From a virus: a DNA stretch of 64,000 nt. The position numbers were made by a program, and so were the translations under genes. The DNA lies in the IMG/VR virus record IMGVR_UViG_3300042294_004068, positions 32,001-96,000 of that record. The stretch is one strand, 5' to 3'. Numbering within the stretch: the first letter of the stretch is position 1; every line of letters begins with the position of its first letter. The notes below the pieces were generated by a model. That model was not told the origin of the DNA and ran no database searches. It saw only the letters and a list, made by a program, of their open reading frames with translations. Of the stretch, positions 56,480 through 64,000 are shown in pieces.

Positions 56480-58807
56480 TTATCCCAGCCAGCCAGATCT
56501 ATAGTAGACGCGAAGGCTAGCATCTCCATTCACATCACCCGAGTCGGTAAACTCTATTTCATTATTTCCTGGTGCAAGCTCAATGAAATCAGCTAAAACA
56601 TCAATTCTTCCTCTAGCACCGTCAACTTGACCGTTAAAGGCAACTTCTCTGTTTTTTGTATCAATTTCTAATACGTCGGCACTAAGAGTAGCTGTTGCAT
56701 TGGCAATACCTGGAGTAAAGATAACGTCATTCTTTTTAATAGCTTTTCCACTTGCCAGAGTTTTTGCAATAGTGTCAGAAACGCTTGCTGTTCCATTTGC
56801 CCCAGAAAATGGGAGGCTTCCAGAAACTGTTGCAATACCACTTGGCGTGACAGGAACAGCTGTAGCAATTCCAAGAAGCTCTATAAACACAGTTGTAACT
56901 TCGGTATTTGGGACATCTGTTCCAGAGATAACTAGAGTAAAGGAATTTGCAGTCAGAACAGAAGCAACTGACCTAACGCCAGCACCAAAAGGTGTTGTCC
57001 CAGAGAAAGTAAGTTCAGCTCCAGTGTATAGGCCATGAGCGTTTACTGTAGTCACTGTGACAATGTTTCCAGTTCGTGAGTAGGACTTCACCTTTCGTGA
57101 AGAAGGCTCGACGAAGCCAGCTGTTACAGAGGTAGGGATTAGATTTGCAACACTCTTTGAGTAAGCAAATGTTGTTGTACTAGGAACTGCTGTAATTGTA
57201 AATGTTCCGTCATAGCTTGGGTCCACCCCAGAAACTACAACTTTTTCACCGACAACATAGTTGTGAGGTGTGCCAGTAGTTAGAATGACAGTGTTTGACG
57301 ATGCTGACCTAATAGAAATAGCTCTTTCATTTGAAGAAGATTTCTTAAATTTAAAGCTAGTAGGTGTTGGAATTTCTGTAATTGTGTATGTGCCATTGAA
57401 GTAAGCATCAACGTTTGTAATAGAAACTAGTTCCCCAACAATAAATCCGTGAGCAGCGCTAGTTTCTAGGGTTGCTATGTTGAGAAGCAGCTGTTTACTT
57501 ACAATTTCTTTAGCATTGGTACGAGTTGCAGCATAGCTAAATGTATTAGAAGTTGTTGCAGTAATTGTGTACGAACCGTCAAAAGGAATACCTGTGTTTG
57601 TAACAGTTACAGTGTCTCCAATAATAAATTGGTGCTCGTCTGCTGTAGTTAAAGTTGCAATATTAGAGACAACTACTTTTCCTGTTACTGATTTTGGGGG
57701 AACGCGAGTTCTTGCGTAAGTAAAAGTGTTGTCATTTGGAACACCAGTAATTTTATATGTTCCATCAAAAAGACTATCTACCCCAGCAATAGTTATAGAG
57801 TCATTAACTCCAAAACCATGTGCGTTCGCTGTTTCTAATCTAGCAACACTGTTCTGTAAAGCCTTCGTGACGACATCTGTGATAACTGCAGACTCTGTTT
57901 CAAAAGTGAAAGTGGTGTCTGTTGGAGTAGAAGTAATTAATTGCTGACCATCAAATGGGAATCCCACGTTTGAAATGTAAATCTCATCTCCAGCTTTAAA
58001 GTCATGCTTTGCTGTGGTTGTAAGAGTTGCCACATCAACAAGTCTTGTTGTATCAAAAACAAGCTGCTTGTTTACAATAGCTCGAACAATACTTCCCTTC
58101 AACGACTGAGTAACTAAGATGAGCTTGTCTGTAGTTCTGTTGTAGATAGAAGCAGGAGATATCAAGGGTCCTGTAATTTCTAATATACATGGGACTGGAT
58201 AGTTTCCAATGTTTTGAACAGAACCAATTCCGCTATATCCCATTTCATTATTCTTTACAGGAATTTCACCAACGTTATATCCGTCAGGGCTTGCATCGTT
58301 CCAAGAGTACTTAATTGGGTCAGCAGCACGAAGACCAATTTCAAACTCTGTTCTTCCACGAGAGTTACGTGTCTCAATACGAACGTCACCGCTTAGACGA
58401 ACCCAAGAAGCACGGATAGGGTCATTACCAGTCTTTAACCATGTTCCTTTATAAACTAAATCGCAAGCGGCAACTAACCTATCTCGAGCTGGTTCAACCT
58501 GAGAAGGATTCTGAGTCAGATATACACCTTTTAAAACTAGTTCTCGAGCGTTATAACGTCCTTGAACATCATAAGAACCGTCACCAAAACCTCGAGCAAT
58601 ATTAGGCATTTCTGCAGAAGGCATTGACCACCAGCCTTCAATATCAGTGACTACCCAAACAACGCCATCATCATCAATTGAGTTAAAAATAAAGTCACCA
58701 AGAATAATGTTGGCTTGAAGCTTTAATTTTTCAATGTAGTCAGGTTGTAATGGAGTAAGTCCACGATCTACATAAAAATTTTCTTGCCCTTGTGTGTAAG
58801 CAGACAT
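56480..58807 (-). CDS. Distal tail (Dit-like) protein with about six inserted beta repeats
   Basis: DDDGVVW..IEGWW, AADPIKY, N.GN..P..EITGP, LEIDT..R, LAPGNNEI, YRSGWLG frame the repeats ATL.T..HGF..GD.I.I..V...FDG.Y.IT..P...TF. Confidence 0.82.
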   Translation of the reverse strand: MSAYTQGQENFYVDRGLTPLQPDYIEKLKLQANIILGDFIFNSIDDDGVVWVVTDIEGWWSMPSAEMPNIARGFGDGSYDVQGRYNARELVLKGVYLTQNPSQVEPARDRLVAACDLVYKGTWLKTGNDPIRASWVRLSGDVRIETRNSRGRTEFEIGLRAADPIKYSWNDASPDGYNVGEIPVKNNEMGYSGIGSVQNIGNYPVPCILEITGPLISPASIYNRTTDKLILVTQSLKGSIVRAIVNKQLVFDTTRLVDVATLTTTAKHDFKAGDEIYISNVGFPFDGQQLITSTPTDTTFTFETESAVITDVVTKALQNSVARLETANAHGFGVNDSITIAGVDSLFDGTYKITGVPNDNTFTYARTRVPPKSVTGKVVVSNIATLTTADEHQFIIGDTVTVTNTGIPFDGSYTITATTSNTFSYAATRTNAKEIVSKQLLLNIATLETSAAHGFIVGELVSITNVDAYFNGTYTITEIPTPTSFKFKKSSSNERAISIRSASSNTVILTTGTPHNYVVGEKVVVSGVDPSYDGTFTITAVPSTTTFAYSKSVANLIPTSVTAGFVEPSSRKVKSYSRTGNIVTVTTVNAHGLYTGAELTFSGTTPFGAGVRSVASVLTANSFTLVISGTDVPNTEVTTVFIELLGIATAVPVTPSGIATVSGSLPFSGANGTASVSDTIAKTLASGKAIKKNDVIFTPGIANATATLSADVLEIDTKNREVAFNGQVDGARGRIDVLADFIELAPGNNEIEFTDSGDVNGDASLRVYYRSGWLG

Positions 58808-58808
58808 T

Positions 58809-61800
58809 TTATGCAGCTCCCCTTCTCATTTGATAAGCAAGCTGACGTGAGACAAGATTTGCAAGTTCACGTTCATCCATACCAGCGGATGGGTAAACAT
58901 TTACAGTTACTCCCTTACCAACCCCTCCACTTAAGAAGGAAATCATTGCCTTATCACGTTTTGACAATCCATCTGGGTCAAGAGGTTCAACACGCTCTGG
59001 GCGACCTGCTTCAGCAAGCTGTGCAAGAACACCGCCTTGTGTCGCAGGAATAATTCCACCTTGAGCAAGTTGAGGAATTCTGATGTCTACCTTAGGAACT
59101 TGGAAACTTCCAACTTTAAATCCACCAAGGGTGAAACCCTTTCCAGCAATGTTGCTGTTCCACCAAGACTTTGCTGAAGTCCATGCAGCTTCTAGTCCAC
59201 TCTTTAAGAATCCAAAAATGTTTCCTGCACTATCAGTAAATTTCTTTGGAAGACCTCTTAAGAATGCTGGTATGTCTTTTGTAAAGAAATCAGTTACAGC
59301 AGTCCATGCTGTTTTCACTCCACCACTCATGAAGTCCCAAAGCTTGCCAGCTCCGTCGATGAATCTCTTAGGAATTCCAGTAATAAATGGGAGTATAGTT
59401 TTTGCAAAGAAATCACTAATTCCAGTAAATGCCTTACCAAGAAGATCAATAATCCATCCCCAGAATCCAGCTACAAGAGTTATATATCTCTTAGGAATTC
59501 CTAATAAGAATGGAACAAGAGTGTTTGCAAACCAGTTACCAATATTGGTAAAGAGTGTTCCAAGAAGGTCAAAAATCCAACCCCAGAATCCAGCTACAAG
59601 TTTGATGTATCGTCCTGGCAGGGAAACTAGGAATGGAACTAAAGTATCCATAAACCAACTGCCAATTTTTGTAAATAAATTACCTAATAAATCAAAAATC
59701 CAAAGCCAAAAACCAGCTACAAGTTTGATGTATCGTCCTGGAAGACTGATTAAGAATGGAACCAAAGTCTCTGTAAACCATGCAGAAATTTTTGTAAATA
59801 ATTCACTAAACCACGTTCCTAATTTTGAGCCAAACTCTTGGAAGAATCTAAGAACCTTTGGACCAAAGTCTTTAAAGAATGCAACAATCTTGTCCCAGTT
59901 TGAGATAATAAGAGGAACAATAAGTAAAAGTAGTCCAATAGGACCTCCAAGTAAGCGTAGAGCGCCTCCAGCCAAACGAGCAGCACCTGCTACACCTCGA
60001 AGAGCTCCTGCCTTAATTCGAGCAGCAACTGTTGATTTTTGCATGCCAGTTCTAGCACCAGCAGAAGCTGTTCCAACAGTAGTTAAGCTAGTTGCTGCTT
60101 GCTTTCCAGAGATATAAATTCCCTGCATAGCAGCTTTCTTTTGCTTATCAATAACCATCTGCTTTTGAAGCTCGGTACGTGTTAGTCCAGAGCCTTGTCT
60201 AAGTTTTCCAAATGGGTCTTTGATAAAGTTCTTTAGATTAGTAAAGGATTTTTGAACATTAAGAATTGCTCCAATAAATCCTTTAAATACAAACCTTGCT
60301 GCCCCACCTACTAAAGCAAAAGCTCGATAAACAGCAAAAATACCACCAACAAAAGCAAGAACCTTCTGAGCAATATCACTGCCAAATATTTTTGTAATAA
60401 CTTCAAAGATTGAACTTAAAGTTTTAAAGAATGTTGTAATAGCTCCACTTTCAGTGAATACTTTTACTAACTTAGCAAAGTTAACTACAACATCTCCAAG
60501 TGCTGGTAAAGCTCCACTTAGCTCTTCTCCAACTGAACCAAAAATATCTACAGCTTCGTTTAGTTTGTCAACAAAAACACCAAACTGTGGAGTAGCACCA
60601 ATTTTTGCTGCTTCTCCAATAATGTTTCCAATAAGGTCAAGAAGCTTTGTAAAGTTAGTTGTTAGACCATTTAAGAAAGTAGTTAGCTTCTCATTATCAG
60701 CACCACCCTGAGTGAAGTCCTTCCACTTTTGGAATGTGGTATCTAGATACTTGACAAAGATATCTGCAGCACCGCCAGGAGCAATAACGTTGTCAATGAT
60801 GTCGCCTAAAGAGCCAAAGCCCTTCTTAAAAGCTGCCCCAAGACCACTCGAGATGCGATTAATGTTCTCAAAGAATTCAGTAAGCTCACCTGTGGCTTGC
60901 TTGGCCTTCATGGTCTTGTCGAAAGTTTCTCCAAGACGTTGAATCCATAAACCAAACTTATCAATAAGTGGCTCAGCAGCAGCTACTAGTGCAAGAAGAC
61001 CTCCATAGAATCCGTTTGCACCCTTACCAACTCTTCTTAGAAGAGTGTCGTTATTCTTCCAAACAGTTTCAAGATTCTTAAGATTTGTGCCCTCAGTAAT
61101 TGTGTTTGAAAAGTCAATAGCAATATCGCCAAGCACTCCTCCAGTTCCCTGAAGTAGAGGAATTAGTTTTGGAAATAGGTTATCTACAAGATTTTGTATC
61201 GCTGTCTCAAGTTTTGGAAATAGTTCTTTTCCAGCGGCGGCTCTTAGCTTTTTAAACTCGCCTTGAATACTTAATAAGTACTTAACAAACCTCTGAGCTT
61301 CTGGTGACAAATCAGAGAGAGCGTCATTAAAAGCGTCAACTCCAGGACCCTTTTCAGCATCTGCTAAATCCTTACGAGCGTCAGAAACATCCCGCACAGC
61401 AGATGCAATTTGACGATTAATGTCACGTATGGCTTTGCTCTTGGCTGGATCATTGGTTGCTTCATTTTTTGCATTTTCTGCAGCTTTTTCTGCATCTGCT
61501 ACAGCTTTTATAGATTTTGCATAATCAATAGCAGAATCTGCTGCTGCTTCTCTAGCATTTCTTTGAGCAATAACAGCATCTTTTACTTCTTGTGAACCTT
61601 CAACGCCCGCTGCAGTAGCAGCCTTTTCTTCCTTCTTTAGGTCCTTGTTTCTATCGATAGCCTTACGAAGGTTGAGGTCTGCCTCAGCAAAAGCAAGCTC
61701 TGCTTCTTGACGAGCACGAGAGTTTGGTGGAAGGTCTTGAACACGCTGCAATGCATCACGAGCTTTAATAAACTCAAGGCGTGCCTTCTTTTCAGAAATT

Positions 61801-62555
61801 GCAGCACCCTCAGTTTCAAAGCGAAGTTGCTGCAGTTTCTCTTTTGCATCTTCTCTAGCTTTGTTGAGCTGCTCTGTTGCTTTATTACTTGCTTCAAGTG
61901 AATCTCTATAGGCTCTTTCAGAACGCGAAGCAGAAATCTTTGCGTTAGCAAGGTCTTCCTCTGCCTCAACTTGCCGCTGTGTTAGTCGAGCAAGGAGTTC
62001 TGGTTTTGCCTCATCTTGAAGACGCTTTAACTTTAATTGAGCATCAGCTAAACGACGTTTTGCTGCTGCAATTGCTTTATCATTAGAAGCAGAAGCTTTT
62101 TGAGTCTTTAAACCAGCAGACAATGCTTTAGAGACACCAGCAAAAGCTAATTTAGCTGTTAGAGCTGCTTGACCTAAGGCTCCTAAAGTAGAAGCAACTG
62201 CTACTAAACCACCTGCTGCAACTGCAGAAGCAGTCGCTCCAAGAGTTAGAAGTCCTCCACCAAGGGCACCAACAGCACCAACAAGTCCAGTAATAGCTGG
62301 ACCTAAGAAATAACCTGTAGTGATAAGTCTTTGTAGACCTAAACGAGCATCTTCTGCTTCTCGTCTAAATTTTGCACTAAAAAGACCGCCTCTATCTCGG
62401 TCACCGCTGGCTAATCCTCTTGAAAAAGAGTCAGAAATATTACGACCAGCGTCCTCACCAATTCCATCAAGACCCTCAAAAGCTCTTTGGATATCAGGAC
62501 GAACGCGGTTGGTAATAGCACGGACAATGACGTGTGCTTCACCTACTACTGCCAT
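58809..62555 (-). CDS. Tape measure protein
   Basis: MAVVGEAHVIVRA start, Ala-rich helical/coiled-coil body, LSPEAQRFV, Trp/Phe-periodic repeats, IPQLAQGGI..AEAGRPERVEPL. Follows the tail assembly chaperone genes. Confidence 0.93.
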   Translation of the reverse strand: MAVVGEAHVIVRAITNRVRPDIQRAFEGLDGIGEDAGRNISDSFSRGLASGDRDRGGLFSAKFRREAEDARLGLQRLITTGYFLGPAITGLVGAVGALGGGLLTLGATASAVAAGGLVAVASTLGALGQAALTAKLAFAGVSKALSAGLKTQKASASNDKAIAAAKRRLADAQLKLKRLQDEAKPELLARLTQRQVEAEEDLANAKISASRSERAYRDSLEASNKATEQLNKAREDAKEKLQQLRFETEGAAISEKKARLEFIKARDALQRVQDLPPNSRARQEAELAFAEADLNLRKAIDRNKDLKKEEKAATAAGVEGSQEVKDAVIAQRNAREAAADSAIDYAKSIKAVADAEKAAENAKNEATNDPAKSKAIRDINRQIASAVRDVSDARKDLADAEKGPGVDAFNDALSDLSPEAQRFVKYLLSIQGEFKKLRAAAGKELFPKLETAIQNLVDNLFPKLIPLLQGTGGVLGDIAIDFSNTITEGTNLKNLETVWKNNDTLLRRVGKGANGFYGGLLALVAAAEPLIDKFGLWIQRLGETFDKTMKAKQATGELTEFFENINRISSGLGAAFKKGFGSLGDIIDNVIAPGGAADIFVKYLDTTFQKWKDFTQGGADNEKLTTFLNGLTTNFTKLLDLIGNIIGEAAKIGATPQFGVFVDKLNEAVDIFGSVGEELSGALPALGDVVVNFAKLVKVFTESGAITTFFKTLSSIFEVITKIFGSDIAQKVLAFVGGIFAVYRAFALVGGAARFVFKGFIGAILNVQKSFTNLKNFIKDPFGKLRQGSGLTRTELQKQMVIDKQKKAAMQGIYISGKQAATSLTTVGTASAGARTGMQKSTVAARIKAGALRGVAGAARLAGGALRLLGGPIGLLLLIVPLIISNWDKIVAFFKDFGPKVLRFFQEFGSKLGTWFSELFTKISAWFTETLVPFLISLPGRYIKLVAGFWLWIFDLLGNLFTKIGSWFMDTLVPFLVSLPGRYIKLVAGFWGWIFDLLGTLFTNIGNWFANTLVPFLLGIPKRYITLVAGFWGWIIDLLGKAFTGISDFFAKTILPFITGIPKRFIDGAGKLWDFMSGGVKTAWTAVTDFFTKDIPAFLRGLPKKFTDSAGNIFGFLKSGLEAAWTSAKSWWNSNIAGKGFTLGGFKVGSFQVPKVDIRIPQLAQGGIIPATQGGVLAQLAEAGRPERVEPLDPDGLSKRDKAMISFLSGGVGKGVTVNVYPSAGMDERELANLVSRQLAYQMRRGAA
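59380..59790 (-). repeat. 41-aa (123-nt) tandem repeats in the tape measure
   Basis: LVPFL.SLPGRYIKLVAGFW.WIFDLLG.LFT.IG.WF..T occurs three times, plus degenerate copies. An identical 29-mer sits at 59590 and 59713, 123 nt apart. Confidence 0.9.
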
Positions 62556-62577
62556 GTGCTATCACCTCCTATTTCGA

Positions 62578-63012
62578 TTAGCCGAGCGGTGCGTCAAGAG
62601 TTCTGCCAAAAGGGCTTGGTGCATCAGCATCAAACTCTGTTGGCGGTACATATGGTTTTGTTACGTTATTTGATGGATCAAATGGAACTAGATCATCAAA
62701 AGAAGACGAGCTAGATGCAGTTTCTGATTTCATTCCTGTATCAACTCTGTACTTGTAAGTCGTGCCATACAACGTTCTGTAGATCACTGAACGAGACTCT
62801 GACTTTGCTGCTACCTGTTCTTGAGAGACGATATTTAAATCATCTTCAAAATAGTAGTGAAGGACGTCGACCATATCAGCCGCATCCATTTCAACTAGTT
62901 TCAGCCCGCTCACAAGTGCCTTCCCATTAACGTAGGGCCAGAGATCTACTGCCCACTCGATGAAGGCTCTGGCTGCTGCGTAGGGCGGCTTGAATACTCC
63001 TCTACAAGCCAC
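62578..63012 (-). CDS. Tail assembly chaperone, downstream (gpT-like) frame, probably reached by -1 frameshift
   Basis: Overlaps the end of 62946-63293 in the -1 frame and lies directly before the tape measure. No clear RBS at the listed GTG. Confidence 0.72.
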   Translation of the reverse strand: MACRGVFKPPYAAARAFIEWAVDLWPYVNGKALVSGLKLVEMDAADMVDVLHYYFEDDLNIVSQEQVAAKSESRSVIYRTLYGTTYKYRVDTGMKSETASSSSSFDDLVPFDPSNNVTKPYVPPTEFDADAPSPFGRTLDAPLG

Positions 63013-63293
63013 GCAGTGATTTCACCAAGAGTATCGACTGTAACGATTTTGTCTGGGTCATTAAGAAGTGCGTTGAACTTGTCCAAGCTCTCTGGAAGAA
63101 GGGTCTTCTCAAAGAAGTCGTTGATGGTACGTGCTACCGCTGCACCATCAGATTCGTCTGCACCTGCCACGATGTTGAGAAGTACCTTGCCTTGAATTGC
63201 TGGACGGCATTGGAACTCTTCACCGTGAATCTTGAACGAAAGTGGAGACTGGTCTACGACCGTTCCACCGAAGTCCTTGAATCGGTTTGTCAT
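62946..63293 (-). CDS. Tail assembly chaperone (gpG-like)
   Basis: AAGGA RBS. F.IHGEEF.C, ..EITAWLVEEYSSRPT C-terminus. Two genes before the tape measure. Confidence 0.85.
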   Translation of the reverse strand: MTNRFKDFGGTVVDQSPLSFKIHGEEFQCRPAIQGKVLLNIVAGADESDGAAVARTINDFFEKTLLPESLDKFNALLNDPDKIVTVDTLGEITAWLVEEYSSRPTQQPEPSSSGQ

Positions 63294-63347
63294 CTTGTTT
63301 CCTTTGTTTGTGTCGTTGTCTACTACGTGTGTAGCAGACGTTCTATT

Positions 63348-63734
63348 TTACCCTGCCAACCTAAGGTTATCGGTGAGATAACGGTTAGGTTTTGTACCTG
63401 GATGTTTTACAACATGGGCAAAAATAATCTGTCCCTTTGTTTGGAACTTCAACGTATGCTTACGATTTGGCTTAATGATGTGCGGAATAGAACCGTCATG
63501 GTGTAGGCGTGCGTAATTCAGATTTGAACCAACTCGGACATACTGACCTCTAGTGTCACTAAAATGACGCATATGCAAAGAAGCACGAAGTGCTCCAGTT
63601 CTTACTCCTACCTGAGCCTTAGCACCTGTTAAAACTCTTATACCGCGCTGTCTGAGGTCTTTACCTACAGGACCATTCGGGCTCCTTAGCAAGTACTCCA
63701 TACCTGCTCTATTTTCAATAAAAATTACAGGCAT
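63348..63734 (-). CDS. Neck/tail-completion protein (HK97 gp10-like)
   Basis: AKAQVGVRTGALRASL, VGSNLNYARLHHDG, V.HPGTKPNRYL. Confidence 0.8.
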   Translation of the reverse strand: MPVIFIENRAGMEYLLRSPNGPVGKDLRQRGIRVLTGAKAQVGVRTGALRASLHMRHFSDTRGQYVRVGSNLNYARLHHDGSIPHIIKPNRKHTLKFQTKGQIIFAHVVKHPGTKPNRYLTDNLRLAG

Positions 63735-63735
63735 T

Positions 63736-63999
63736 TTATGGAACCGCCATTGTGATTGTCATACGAGTTGTTTGAAATCCGCCCTCAGGAGGAGCAGAGT
63801 CAACAGTTGCAATTACTCCAAGACCGTAAGGTCCATTGGTTGCCCATGAGTCAAATTGATTAATGCTTTCCATCAAAATCCAAGCATCATAAGCTGCAAC
63901 CACAGCGGCAGCCTGAATATCATCTGCTAGTGGTGGTTGTCCATTATTCTGCAGAATTGGAACAGAGCGAGATACAGAAATATTAAGAGTGACACTTCG
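63736..63999 (-). CDS. 3' part of a head-tail/tail-terminator-region protein (start outside the window)
   Basis: The minus frame is open from the window edge to TAA at 63736: ..RSVTLNISVSRSVP..PPLADDI..DAWIL..GVIATVDSAPPEGGFQTTRMTITMAVP*. The role is inferred from position. Confidence 0.6.
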   Translation of the reverse strand, partial: RSVTLNISVSRSVPILQNNGQPPLADDIQAAAVVAAYDAWILMESINQFDSWATNGPYGLGVIATVDSAPPEGGFQTTRMTITMAVP

Positions 64000-64000
64000 T

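Noticed and set aside
59083-60117. 344-aa + strand ORF antisense to the tape measure
   Set aside because: It mirrors the repetitive tape measure codons, has no RBS and no recognisable motifs. Shadow ORF.

Overview
This is a 64-kb segment of a large tailed dsDNA phage genome (siphovirus-type tail: tape measure, distal tail protein, frameshifted tail assembly chaperone). The host is almost certainly an actinobacterium: there are two WhiB genes, a Streptomyces-type ThyX and leaderless TANNNT promoters. The moderately AT-rich composition suggests a low-GC, probably freshwater, host (inference). Layout: (1) 1-12.2 kb has thyX, a serine recombinase, a secreted PA14/FN3 surface protein, the terminase large subunit, a prim-pol/SF3 primase-helicase and a metallophosphoesterase. 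(2) 12.3-41.9 kb is a + strand island of 13 fibre/decoration genes. Seven are collagen-like proteins with Gly-X-Thr repeats; the rest are two very large Gly-rich repeat proteins, a beta-propeller, a small ORF, an S8 protease and a CBM-like protein. A SAM methyltransferase, a GT2-TPR glycosyltransferase and a flavin-dependent halogenase follow. (3) 41.8-64 kb is on the - strand: tail genes, then PolA, RuvC-like resolvase, SNF2 helicase, exonuclease/Sak4/SSB, small genes and two WhiBs. The best candidate for an undescribed system is the fibre island: a modular collagen-fibre assembly with shared and apparently split docking motifs, one intact type-1 copper motif, and adjacent candidate processing and modifying enzymes resembling the BclA exosporium glycosylation loci. 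I recognised no tRNA, rRNA, CRISPR array or transposon. All calls come from reading motifs by eye; no database search was run.
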